From Octopus bimaculoides (Eukaryota), in assembly GCF_001194135.2 (NCBI RefSeq), contig NC_068993.1:44898377-44962376 (forward strand): a stretch of DNA of 64,000 nt, given 5' to 3'. A program made the position numbers and the translations under genes. Positions within the stretch are counted from its first letter, which is position 1, and every line of letters begins with the position of its first letter. Under the pieces are notes generated by a model. It was not told the origin of the DNA, did not search any database, and worked only from the letters and a program-made list of their open reading frames with translations. Positions 1 to 13,216 of the stretch are shown here, one piece after another.

Positions 1-1025
1 TTTTTCTCAAAAATCTTTCAATTTGATTTTAATACATTTGGAAGACTTTTTTTTATGTAACTTTGTTGGTTTTGTTGAGTTACGTGATCCACCTTTACCT
101 GATCCTTGGTACCTTCAAGGTAAACTCTCAAATATTTGTCAGTGTAAGTATTTCATAACAGCTAATGGGATTTTAATGTTCAGTAATTAACTCTGGTAGC
201 TGGGGAAAATAAGTGCGTGTAACATTATAATCTATATAATAATCTACTTGTTCGTTCACCTGTTACACTTTAGTTACTAAGAGAGGTGGGGTAAAAGTGA
301 GAGGGGGAGGAGTGTGAGGAAGAAGTGGAGAAAGATGTATAAAGCCAAATGACTAGTTGAAGGGAGAAGCAAAAAAAAAAAAGTAAGAAAAAAAGATGGT
401 GAGAGAAAAGAGGGTGAGGGAAGAGTTAATGACACGCTGTAGGGTAGGGAGAGAAAGGTAAAGAGAAAGAGATATGTTTAGAATACATATATGTCATCAT
501 CATCATTTAACATCCGTTTTTCCATGCTGACATGGGTTGGATAGTTTGATGGGAGCTGGCAAACTGGAGGGTTGCATCAAGTGCCAGACTGTTTTGGCAT
601 GGTTTCTATGGCTGGATGCCCTTCCTAATGCCAACCACTTTACAGAGTGTGCTGGATTGCTATTTTACACGGCACTGGCACAGGTGCTGTTTTAATGTGA
701 CACTGGCATGTGTGCTTTCTACATGATACCAGCATGAGTGCTTTTTGCCTGATACTGACAGAGGAGCTTTATACTTGGCATCATGTTTGCAAGTGACTCA
801 ATCTGGGACTGTGTATTGAAACTGAAGCTGTTACATCATGGAAGATCTATCCTAGCCATTTAGTAGTACATAAACCTCTTAAATTCACTTTTAATTTTAT
901 TTCTATTTTATGTAATGTCAAAATTTCTATTGCACAACTGCAGCCTGGTCACTGACACAGTTCCACTGCAACTCAAAAATATATACACACACACACATAT
1001 GCATGCACACTCACTCACTCACTCA

Positions 1026-1070
<45 letters not shown>

Positions 1071-2178
1071 TCTCTGTCCTTGTAATTGCTAGCAAATACT
1101 TTGCTGTTGGGAACTTAAGGGAATTTCATTCACCCCACCACCTTCTGCCAGTTATCCAGCTGTTGATGCTAGCATAGAGAAGAAGAAGAAGAAGGAAAAC
1201 AAAATAAGCAATGATAACTGAAGAGCCAGTTTTCCTTATTGCAAGCACTGGAGGTCTATTTGATTGGAATGTGCTCTTAAATTGGAGAAGTACTCAGAAG
1301 AGTTTACTGAAGTAGTCACAGATGGTAGAGAGCTAATCAGTGTGAATCATAAATTCTGTTGTTTATTTCAGTGCTCCATGTCTGCAATATAAAATTTCAC
1401 TGTGGATTTGCTTTGTTATCCAATGTCCTATGGTCAATGAAATAAGTCAGTAGCTGTGTGATTTTAGAGTTATAAATAGACTTATTGTATCATGCAGTGT
1501 GATAAATAGACTTACTGTACCATGCAATGTGATTGTGAAGCAAACTTCTTAATCACACACCCATGATTTACTACCATCATGATTGTTTAACATCTACTTT
1601 TCCATACTTCCATGGGTCAGACAGAATTTTTGTTGAGGCAAATTTTGAATGTCTGGGTGCCCTTCCTGTTGCTAACCCTCACCTCTTTCCAAACAAGGTC
1701 ATATCTCCCCATAGCCAGACATGTTTATTACAGAAGACTGGAATACTGGTTTACAATAACCTCAAGGCAAGGGCAAACACACATTTATATATTTATAAGT
1801 TTATGTCTATAGATTTTCTAAAGAATTTAGAACTAGCACCGAAAGTTACAACATTTTGTATATTAATACATCTATGTAAACAATGCAATCGAAGATAGAA
1901 AAGTTGGTAATGGGTGTATATACATACTTCAGGAGTTATTGCTCCTTGTTCAGCACCACATCCAACCCATTAACTATCCATGAATACATTGCTTAATTAA
2001 CCACTAAATTTAACAGTGTTACACTAGTGGATAGACCAATTTATACATTGAATACATTCCTGACAACTTGCATGTACATATTAATTGCTGGTAGCAACAC
2101 AATATTTTGCCTTGCAACCATAATATACTTTTTAGTATATTATGGTTGGAAAATGAAATGCTGTGACCCTACAAGCAA

Positions 2179-2238
<60 letters not shown>

Positions 2239-3044
2239 CACATATAATAGATTTGCTCTGTACACACACGCACACTTTTACTAGACTGAATTAAAAGCCT
2301 ATTATATTACCATAACTTTTTTTAATTAATCTTTGAGGAACAAAAGGTTAAGTTAACCTTGCTGGGTTTTGCATTCAAACTGAGTAAAGAAAAAACTAAA
2401 ACACTGAATTTCTGATTTAGTTCAGTATTTTATTGCCTAAGTCAATCTTACTGTCCTTTGTAGACCTATTTAATTAAAAAAAAAAACATCAACTATTTCA
2501 GTATCATGTTTCTTCCCTAAATAAAAAGCATGCTGTTAAGTACATTCCCACTTCAAATAGGTGATTGTTTTCCAAGCTTTTTTTTTTCTTTGGCCCATGC
2601 ATCATTTTGATTTTTCAACAAGCAAGCATACACCTCGCCATGAACAAAGTTAGTCTATATCATCGTCATCATCATCATCATCATCAAACGTCTACTTTTC
2701 TATGCTTGCATGGTTCATATGGAATTTGTTGAGACAGGTTTTCTACAGCCAGGTGTTCTTCCTGTTGCCAGTACCCACCGGTTTCCAAGCAAGGTAATGT
2801 TTCCCCATGGCCAGACATGTTTTTCACAGAAGAATGTCAGCGAACAACCTTGCTTGTACGACAATGATGTCTAGATGAGGGTACATCAAAATATATAATA
2901 TTACATAACATAGTCTTTATAGTTCAATGAATAAGCATTTCAGTCTGATTGGATAATTGATTTTTTTTAAATAGTAAATAGCATATTACTCAACTTCTCC
3001 ACCTTGTTTTGCATCTATGTGCTGATGTGCCTCTGTGTGCATGT

Positions 3045-3082
<38 letters not shown>

Positions 3083-4149
3083 TATATTCATAAAAATAGA
3101 AAATAGCATGGGCTGATCAGCTATCATCAGACTAGAAACTTGTGTGACTTGAATATTTGCAACAGGGTGGATTCTGTTAGAAGCACACAAATGGTTTGGT
3201 GGTGATTATGGTAGTGGTATGAAACCAGGTGACCAGTTTGTGGCATTCGTACCTTTCTCAAGGACAGTTTTTTTTATTGTTTGGTTTTTTTGTTTTGTCT
3301 TTCAGAATAAGTGAATAAGCTATGAGTGGGAGTTGAATCTGTGTTGCAAATCCAGTTTGCTTATAAGTTAATTATTTACACAGATGTAAATTTAAATTAT
3401 TATTATTATTATTATTATTATTAAAAAAAAATTATTGTTATTTTTATTATTATTCAGCTTGTCATCTCTGATGCTTCATCAGTGTAATTATGCTGACACT
3501 CCTAATTATTGTTTATAAATGCCATCACTTATAAAAGATGGTTTTATTTAATGTTTTATTTTATATCTTGGTGATAGCAATGGTGGTGGCAACAGTGCTG
3601 ATAGTAGCAGTGGTGGTTGTATCGGTGGTGACTGTGGCAGCAGCTGGAACTGCTGCAGTTTGTTGTTGTTGTTGTTTCATTCATATATGACAGTTATTCA
3701 GTGATAGAAACATGCAATTAGGATTATGAAGTACCAGTTCTATTTCTCTACAGAATATGGAAAGCTATGTGCGTTCTTGTAAAACATTACACAATAGGTG
3801 CAGGCATGGTTGTGTGGTTAAGAAGGTTGCTTTGCAACCATGTGGTTTTGGGTTCAATCCTACTGTAACCCTAGATCAACCAATGCCTTCTGAATGAATT
3901 TTGTAACCGGAAACTGAGTAGAAGCCTGTTGTGTATGTGTGTGTTATCTTGTATATATGTGTGTATGTATATACATATATCTATATGTGTGTCTTTGTTT
4001 CCTTCACTGCTTGGTAACTGATTCTGGTTTATTTACATACTCGTAACTTAACAGTTTGACAAAAAAGACTGACAGAATAAGTATCAGACTTTAAAAGAAA
4101 ATACAGAGTCAATTTGTTTGAGATTATCCAGATTTTCAACTTGTTTATA

Positions 4150-4330
4150 CTGGGAGTACAAGACTGACCCAGAATGGGATGCTAGTCTGTTGCAGAATTA
4201 ACTCCCAGATGGCACCAGTACTCATTTTCAATCAAGTGTTCTGGAACAGTATGAAATGAAGTGGCTTACTCAAAGATAAGAAGACCTAACACCTGTGAGC
4301 CCAATACCTTAACCGCTACATTATGCATCT
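4150..4330 (-). mobile_element. Old antisense SINE fragment with a GGGATGCTAGTC..TTGCAG domain
   Basis: Reverse-strand match, by eye, to a widespread animal SINE central domain; heavily decayed. Confidence 0.4.
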
Positions 4331-5639
4331 AATCCAATGTGTCACTGGGGGAAACTTGCAGATAATCTGGTAGCTATTTCTGCTGAATAACTGAAGCATG
4401 TAGAATGAAGTATCCTGTAACAAATACACAATGCAATAATCTCAAATAACACGGTATAATCCAGTACACACTTGGTTGTTTCACCTCAACTTAGCTAGCC
4501 AGTGGCATGGCAAATGAAATATTTCATTGGCTCATACATTAACCTGTTAACTGTTCAGTAACCAACTATTCATCACCTGCTGTTTATGGAACTATTTGCT
4601 GGCTGCCTTTTATTCTCTGTTCATGGACTCACTCCTGTTCAACATTCACTGTTCATAATGAATAATTCCATTCAGTATTTACTGTTTTAACTAATCATTA
4701 TTAAACCAGTTACAAATTACCACTTATTAATTACTAGATAGGTCTTTATTTCTTTTTCTTTTCTTTTATTTTATTTCTTTATTTTTTTTCTGCTACCCAA
4801 ATCATTTCTCAGTCTTTAAATATCATTCTGTATCTGCAGGTCTTCCACAACCTTCTGATTCATCCATTCATTCAATTATTCAATTTAGAAAAACTGGTAG
4901 AGCAACAGGCAAAATGTCTCATTCTGTTTAGTTAGGTCCCTTAGGTGTTGAATATCCGATCCTTTCAATGATGATTTATGCCTTTCATCTTGCGAAGGCC
5001 AATAAAACAAAGTAATTCTGATGTCAGTTTAATCAACCATATGCTTGTCCTCCAAAACACATGACTTTGGGCTTGATTTATAACTAATAACAATTATTTT
5101 TATTATTTCTTCATTGCACTGTATGGCTCTAAAATACTTTATCATCATCATTCACCACCACCACTACCACCACCAGTTTTTTGGTGTGAAGAGACAAGTC
5201 TTCAAATCACTCCAAAGAAATCGGATTATTACCAAGTCTTCCTGAATGAAAATTGTTGTTCCTTAAATTACTTTACAGACATGGAGACTTTTAAATGCAT
5301 GAATGTGTATCCCAATAGTTGAGGGCATGCAAAAAGCAAAACTTACTTTTTCTTTTGAAATCTATTTTATTTTTCATTTCATGCTAACACTCGTTTCTAT
5401 ATGGCCTTCTGTTGTTGTAGAGCAGCAGGAAATCCCCCCACCAAGGAAACTAACATTGAACATACACAGGATACAAACAATAAGAGATAGATAGATGAGA
5501 GAGAGAGAGAGAACTTCATTACACTGGCAGAAATTTTGCCAACTTAAAAATGCAACACAATTTTCAAAAGTGGAAACATTATGTGACACAAACAAAAGCA
5601 CTAATGATGACAACAAATCTTTTGCAGGATCAAAATCAA

Positions 5640-7020
5640 GTGTTGGCCGTTAGTCAACTACTGGCCCCAAAAAAAAAAGTAGTTGGGTTGATGTGATCAA
5701 CTAGCCCCCAAATAGTGCTGGCCCTGTGCCAAAAGTTGAAATTATTATTGCTGTATTTGTTCCACTATTTACATTCTGAGTTCAGATCCCACTGGTATTA
5801 ACTTCACCTCTTGAGGTCAGTAAAATTAATTAGCAGTCATGCACAGGGGTTGATGATATCAACTGACATCTTCCCTTGAAAATTATTAACCTAGTGCCAA
5901 ATTGGTAAGCATCATAAAGAGTGGAATTCTGGCAGAATCATTAGAGCATTGGAAAAATGCCTTGTGGTTTTTGGTCTGGCTCTGTATATTCTGAGCTCCA
6001 GTCATGCTGAAACCAACTTTGCTTCTCATCCTTTTAGAGTTGATAATATACACTACCATGTACTGGTGTTGATGGTATCAACTTACCCCATCCCTTTATA
6101 ACTGGCCTTGTACTTAAATCGGAAACATTATACTATTGCAGTATTTTTTGGGCTATTTACATTCTGAGTTCAAATCCAACTGAAGTTGACTTTCCCTTTC
6201 ATCCCTCCTGGGCTGATAAAATAAAGTAGCAGCCATGCACTGAATTCAATGTCATTAACTTGTACCCACTCCCCTCAAAATTGCTGGCTTTGTGCCTAAA
6301 ATAGAAACAGTTAAAGGCATAATTTGGCTGATTCATTAGGAAAAAATGCCGCCATGTAGAATTCTGGCTCTTTACATCCTGTATTCAAATCTCTCCGAGG
6401 TTTATTTTAACCTTTCATTCTTTCAGTGTTGATAAAACGAAGTACCAGTCATGTACATACTGAGATCTATGTCACTGGTTCTCAACTGGAGTCCATATGG
6501 CCCTTAGGGGGTCCTTATAAGATTTTGTTAAAATTTTTGTGCAATAAATTGGTTATACTTCTACAATACAGCAAATATTAAAAAAAATTTTTTTATACAA
6601 TTCCTTATTATAAAAATACAGTAATTTTTTTTTTATACAGCTATGAATCTTCTANNNNNNNNNNACAAGGAAGATGGGGCTATGGGGGTCCACTCGAGTA
6701 AAATAGGGATCAAAGGGGATCCAGAGGCAAAAAATGGTTGAGAACCACTGGTCTGTGTGATTCACTAATACCATCTTCCCTCAAAATTGCTGACCTTATG
6801 CCTAAAATAGAAACAATTAATAAGAAACAATTAGGAGATTAATTAAGAAAAGAAGTGCCTTGCAGTATTTATTCTGACTCCTTGCACTCTGAGTTCAAAT
6901 TCCATTGAGGTCATCCTTTCGGTGTTGATGAAATAAAGTACCAGTCAAGGAGTGGAGTTGGTGGTATTGACTACTTTGTCTCCCTTCAAAATTACTCTTC
7001 TTGTACCTAAGTTAGGAACA
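5640..7020 (+). mobile_element. Head-to-tail array of about six diverged family-A SINE copies
   Basis: Recurring TTCTGAGTTCAAAT / TTTCATCC / GATAAAATAAAGTA / GCTGGCCTTGTGCC blocks roughly every 190-200 bp. Confidence 0.8.
6473..6750. mobile_element. hAT (Charlie-like) MITE nested inside a SINE
   Basis: 14-bp TIRs CACTGGTTCTCAAC / GTTGAGAACCACTG (1 mismatch); imperfect 8-bp TSD ATCTATGT / GTCTGTGT (6/8). The interrupted SINE resumes on both sides. Confidence 0.8.
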
Positions 7021-7854
7021 ATTATTGTTGTTGTTGTCGTTTCTTTTAAAAGAATCACGCTATGAATCTTCTACAACTACTCTGAAATCTTTGTCTTTTA
7101 TTTCGTCCTCGAATCCAGCTCAGTTTTCAAGTATAACAAACTTCTTAAAAAATAACAAGGAAGATGGGGGAAAAAAAAAAGCAAAAAGAAAATGATTAAA
7201 AAATAGAACAAACATATTATCAAAATCAATTAAATATCTAAATAAATAGCAAGAATAATACACAGCTAGCCTGATTAATTTCCTTGTTCTGACGGCTGTG
7301 TCTATATAATAGATATCCCTGCATTGCATGTTAACAGAAATGACTGTGCACATTGTGTTTGTGTTTAGGTTGTGTTTGTGGAGATGAGATGTGTGAGCTA
7401 GTGGTGTAGTGTTGCCGTCTCCACTGGACAAAAGACATGCACTAAGACCACACCAGAAGAGGAATTCGATTGCTTTTATTCCCCCGTTGACCACCGTTTG
7501 CCAATTGAATAATGTTTCTACAGGTCGAGGAGAAAAAGGTAAAGTAATGGCCACTCTTTCTCTGTTAAGGATATGGGTTTGGGGAGAATCCACTTCCAAA
7601 TGTTGATACTAATAATGCCATTAACTAGCTGCCTACCTGCTTCTGATATGATTAGTTTTGTTTTTTCTTTTGTTTTCTGTTATTTTGTTGTTGCTGTTTT
7701 TTTTCTTTTCCTGCTGTTATTCTTTAATTATATCATGACCACTATTACTAATCTGTCCAATTTTTACCATATGTTACTTGGTTCCATGTATGTATAGCTT
7801 TTTATCCATGCATCTTTCTGTCTATCAATCCATTCATTTATCAGTCTATCTATT

Positions 7855-8230
7855 CATCATTCCATCTATCCGTCTGTCTGTCTCCTCTCTCTCTCTCTTT
7901 CTCTCTCTCTCTTTCTCTCTCTCTCTTTCTCTCTTTCTCTCTCTACCCTATCCATCTATCTCTGTCTATGTTTTTATTCATTTATCTTTTATAAATCATT
8001 ACGTCTCTGCCTGTCTGTCTCTCTTTTACCCCCCCTCTCTATCCATTTGTTTATCTGTTTACCCATCCCATTCTCTATCCATCCATCTATGTCTCTGTCT
8101 ATATCTCTTTGTCTGTGTCTCTATATTCTGTCTCTTTATCTGGCTTATTTTCCATTCATCCATTTATCCATCCATCCATCCATCCATCCATCGCTTTGGC
8201 TGTCTGTCTGCTTGTCTATCTATCTATTCT
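7855..8230. repeat. Compound (CT)n / (TCTA/TCTG)n / (CCAT)n microsatellite field
   Basis: Direct reading; source of ORFs 7778-8311 and 8047-8256. Confidence 0.9.
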
Positions 8231-9117
8231 CCCCACTCCTATTTTGCAATATTTAATTACTTAGCAGGGTTGACTTGGAGGAGTAATTTACAAGACTTAG
8301 CAGTAATTTAGTGGGTGGTGGTCGGTCATGGCTTAATTAGCTAAATGTGATACAGTGCCTTGTTAATGCTGCTACTGTTTGTTGATGTGTTTGATAAACT
8401 ATAAACAAACCTCTCTGCTTCGGTATGAACTGCTGTGTCTTGTGAGCAGTGTGGTGGAGTTTAATGTGGTTGCCTGCTTTTCTATATGGAAGAATGCCGC
8501 TGCCTTTCTGCATAAAAGAAGGGTCTTGTACTCAAGAAGGCAATCAATATTGCTATATGTGTGTGTGTGTGTGTATAAAAAAAGGAATTGAGTGACTCAG
8601 CTTTTACAGCTGTTAGGAAATGCAACAGCATGCATGTTTGCGTGTATGAGCTTAAACATAGACTGGTATTTGCTTGCACGCTGAAGTACGCATTTACATA
8701 TGAAAACTATGATCACATAATACACATACACACACACACACAAACACGTATGGTCTTACATATAAGCTCATGGTGTATACATAAAAAGAAATACATATTT
8801 ATGTAGAGTTCCTACTTCATGCATACAAATATGCATTACACCAGTCCATTACTCATATCATATAAACATGTATGTGCAATATTCATTGAAGTACATGTAC
8901 AAATACATACTTACAGCCACAGGCATGGCTGTTTGGTTAGAAGTTTGCTTTGCAAATACGTCATTTGGAGTTCAATCCTTCTGTGTAGCACTTTGGGCAA
9001 ATGCCTTCTGCTATAATGTCAGGTCAATTAATACTTTGTGAGTGAATTTGGTTGATGGATAACAAGTGGAAGCCCATTGAGTATGTATGTATGTATGTGT
9101 ATATTTATGTATATATG

Positions 9118-9199
<82 letters not shown>

Positions 9200-9201
<2 letters not shown>

Positions 9202-9680
9202 GGCATGGCTGTGTGGTAAGAAGCTTGCTTCCCAACCACATAGTTCTGGGTTCAGTCCCATTGCATGGCACNNNNNNNNNNNNNNNNNNNNNNNNNNNNN
9301 NNNNNNNNNNNNNNNNNNNNNNNNNNNNNNNNNNNNNNNNNNNNNNNNNNNNNNNNNNNNNNNNNNNNNNNNNNNNNNNNNNNNNNNNNNNNNNNNNNNN
9401 NNNNNNNNNNNNNNNNNNNNNNNNNNNNNNNNNNNNNNNNNNNNNNNNNNTATATATATATATATATATATATATATGTTTGTGTGTTTGTCTCCCCAAC
9501 ATCGCTTGGCAATCGGTGCCAGTGTGTTTACATCTCCGTAACTTTGCAGTTCGGCAAAAGAGACCGATAGAATAAGTACTAGGCTTACAAAGAATAAGTC
9601 CTGGGGTCGATTTCCTTGACTAAAGGTGGTGCTCCAGCATGGCCGCAGTCAAATGACTGAAACAAGTTAAGGAATTAAAG
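9200..9680 (+). mobile_element. Full-length tRNA-headed family-B SINE (CORE-like CCTTGGGCAAGT domain in this family), interrupted by an N-gap
   Basis: A-box-like TGGCTGTGTGGT and B-box-like GGTTCAGTCCC. The 3' block GGCAAAAGAGACCGATAGAATAAGTACTAGG...CAGCATGGCCGCAGTCAAATGACTGAAAC retains CpGs. Other copies lie near 3800, 8920, 13200, 15225, 19975, 20560, 23170, 29760, 32630, 37940, 38505, 51820, 54985, 56930 and 63740. Confidence 0.88.
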
Positions 9681-10481
9681 AGTTTAAATGTTAAAGGGCT
9701 AAGTAAATTCTAAAAGTATAATTTAATCTCATTTTATGCTTTTTTATCCAATAATCCAATTTATTAGAATTTAACAATGTAGATACACTTTCAGAGATTA
9801 ACAAAAAAATTTCTAAAAATGTCTTATGTAGTTTCATTGACAAGTAAGCTTTGTCTGTCATGTTTTTGACACCTGTTAATTCTGTCTTCTCTTTCTTCCA
9901 AGCTTTTCTTTAGTCCTTAGCTTAGACTCACTAGAACTGGTAGAGTGACTATAGCTTATGTAGGCATAAATTCATTAGGAAGTATGAGCAGAAGAGGAAT
10001 ATGTAGGTGTGTTGTGTGGAATAATGGTGGTTAACATTTCTGGTGGGAGTCCTCAAGAGATGTCCTGGTGGTGCTCGTGGCAGCAGCAGGTGTTGTTGTC
10101 TTCTGATGACTTTTTGCAGAATGTCACATGTTTGGAAGGATGGAACAATCAATAAAATTTATGCAAATATTTGATTGGCACTTATGTTATCAAACTCTCT
10201 TGAAGGAAGAAATTATGTCCAATCTTTGCATGTTTTGAACCTCAAAATGTGAAGAGACATCTAAATACTGTAAGGTACTTTAATTCCCTGTTAAATTGAC
10301 CAAACAACTGTTTTCTGCCAGATTTCTAATGTAAGAACATGTATGGCTGTACAGTTAGATTTTTTTCTTGACAATATGGTTTATGTGCAGTCCCATTGCA
10401 TAGCACTTTGGGCTGTTATAACCCTTAGCCACAAAAGCCTTATGGATGGATTTGGAAAGCAGAAACCAAAAGAAACCTGTC

Positions 10482-10521
<40 letters not shown>

Positions 10522-11029
10522 TCTTATCTTGATGTCACAGGATAGCTATAGATGAGCATCACCATCATATAAGTGAGATCCTTTGATTCCAGTCTTCCTT
10601 GAAAATATGCCCATTTATGGGGGAATATTTCCTCACTTGGAAACAAGTGCAGAATAATGATAGGAAGGGCATCCAGCTGTAGAAGTTCTGCCTCAACAAA
10701 CACCATTCAACCTATGCAAACAAGGAATAGTGGGCATTATAACAATGAAGATGGAAACTTATGGTGTGCCATTTTGATGATAATTTATCAAGTTGTGTCC
10801 ATTTTGCTTATCTGATAAGCAAGCTAACACAACTCAGAAGCAAGAACAATCAATTTCAATTGATCCTGTGTATATGGCTGGTACTTGTTGTATCTACCTT
10901 AGAAAAATGAAAGGAAGAGTCAACTCCAGTGAGATTTGAACCCACATATGTTAAGAGACACAACTAAAAACTGTAAGACAGTTACTATCACTCTGGCAAT
11001 TTTGCCACCTCTAATACTATTGCGATTAC

Positions 11030-11155
11030 TACTACTGCTGTGACTATTACTACTACTACCACTACTGATTGTGATGATGACAATGAAGTGGATGATGATA
11101 ACAATAATGACAATAGTGATGATAATGAAGAGGAAGAAGGGGTTGAAGAAGATGA

Positions 11156-11229
<74 letters not shown>

Positions 11230-11350
11230 GTGATTAGAATGACAATGGCAGTGATGATGGTAATGGTGATGATGATAATGAGGATGATGATGCTGATGAT
11301 TAGAATGACAGACGGTGGTGATGATGCTGATGATAAGGATGATGATGATT
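11030..11350. repeat. Compound degenerate trinucleotide tract (ACT/GAT/GGT/AAT); similar tracts at ~26120-26340, 46150-46450 and 61060-61470
   Basis: Low-complexity triplets give poly-D/M/I/H ORFs on both strands. Confidence 0.9.
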
Positions 11351-11732
11351 TCATGTCTTTTTGTGATAATGCTGTTTTTTTTTTATTTCGTTTTGAAAGA
11401 TATCTATTTCAGTTTATATATTCTTTACAATATCATCATAGTTTACATATCTGAAAGCGACAAAGGGAGACAAGACAGAGAGAGAAAGAGAGAGTGAGTG
11501 AATGAGTGAGAGAAAGAGAGAGAGAGCATAATTTAATTATAAATGTTCATCATTTACAATGACATTTTTAAACACAATTTAAAAAACAAATTGTTTTTCA
11601 GAAGACAGAATAACTTAATTAAAATTGTTTGGATATGGTTTCAGAACTTAGAAGTAACGAGAAAATGTAAATAATTTTCTTTGTTTATTTTTATTAATTA
11701 CTTTCCATTAATTAGACAAGCTAACATTATTT

Positions 11733-11776
<44 letters not shown>

Positions 11777-12501
11777 GTTGTTGTTGTTGTGAAATTATTG
11801 TCATTTTTAAAATAAAGAAACCATGTAAAAAATATAGAAATCATCACCACCACCACCATCATCACTACTGTCGTTATCATCATATTGTCATCATCTTCAT
11901 CATTATTCTTTAGGGCAATGAACTGGTGGAATTATTAGATCATCAGTCAAATTACCTTGCAATATTTGTTCCAGCTCTAAATGTTCTGAGTTCAAATCCT
12001 CTGAGGTCAACTTTGCCTTCCATCCCATCAGGGTTGATAAAATAGTAGCAGTTAAATTGACTAATCCCTGTCTCCCTAAAATTGCTGGCCTTGTGTAGAA
12101 GGGTTGGAATGTCATAAAATGAATGTTTTATGGTATTTATTTTGGCTGTTTATGTATTGTGAGTTCAAATCCTGTTGAAATCAACTTTGCCTTTCGTCTT
12201 TTTGGGGATTAGTAAAATAAAGTACCAATCAAGTATTGGAGTCAATTGATTTAATTAACCCACTCCAAATTGCTGATCTTGTGTTTAAATTATAAACAGT
12301 TACTATTGTTATTATGCTGTGTAGACATGTATGCGTAATGACCCTTTTCATTCATGAATGACCATGGGGTTGCACCTAGAAAATTACCCTCTGAGTTACA
12401 AGCCTGTGCAAGGCTGTTTATGGAAGACCAGTAGTCGCTCATGCATACCAGCCTTCCCTCCTGATGCTCAAACCACTGAGCCATGTGCCTCCAGATTGAA
12501 A

Positions 12502-12835
12502 GCACATGGCTCAGTGGTTAGTGTGTCAGGCTCACAATCATGAGATAGTGAGTTTGATTCGTGGACTGGGCTGTGTGTGGTGTTCTTGAGCAAGACACTT
12601 TATTTCACATTGTTCCAATTCACTCATTTGTAGAAATGAGTTGCGACATCACCGGTGCCATACTGTATTGGCCTTTGCCTTTCCTTTGGAAAACATCAGT
12701 GGCATGGACAGGGGAGGCTGGTATGCATGGGCAACTGCTGGTCTTCCATAAACAACCATACCTGGACTTGTGCCTTGGAGGGTAACTTTCTAGGTATGAT
12801 CCCATGGTCAGTCATGACCAAAGGGGGTCTTTACC
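12502..12835 (+). mobile_element. tRNA-headed SINE of a different family (CTTGAGCAAGACACTT central domain), paired head-to-head with a deleted antisense copy at ~12335-12488
   Basis: GCACATGGCTCAGTGGTTAG head. The 3' ~120 bp is the approximate reverse complement of 12335-12458. Confidence 0.8.
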
Positions 12836-13168
12836 CTTTGCCCAAACATGTATGTCTTTAGGAAAGCTGCTTTAGCTTAACTTAGCCAGAACCCTCAAAA
12901 GGTCTATCAATGGATGATTTTGGTTTATTTGTACATATTAAAGCCTAAAATTCAGCTTCTTACTTGTGAGGCTTTGTCTTACCTGTCTTTCAAATAATAG
13001 AATGGGAATTTTATACCACACATCTTCAAAAGTGCAGAGCTATCAAATGATTTCTTGACAAGGAATTAAGAAAGTTCAACATTTGTAATTCACCATTTGT
13101 GAATGGTGACATTGTGTGAAGAAAAGAATTCAATATAAACACTCCCTAAGCCCCATGTTCCTGCATAG

Positions 13169-13216
<48 letters not shown>

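Noticed and set aside
5531-5700. Protein-like frame MQHNFQKWKHYVTQTKALMMTTNLLQDQNQ
   Set aside because: The acceptor is preceded by (GA)n purines, there is no good donor, and it runs into a SINE.
7120-7599. 159-aa minus-strand ORF, the longest outside repeats
   Set aside because: It starts at TTG, has no recognisable motif and ends in low-complexity F/L sequence. The splice signals here favour the plus strand.
9200-9271. tRNA-like A/B boxes (also near 3800, 12502 and 63739)
   Set aside because: They continue into SINE bodies and lack a complete cloverleaf, so they are SINE heads, not tRNA genes.
10920-11454. Long poly-I/D/M ORFs on both strands (similarly 7778-8311, 46092-46689, 61077-61406)
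   Set aside because: They are translations of tri- and tetranucleotide microsatellite fields, with no domain or splice context.
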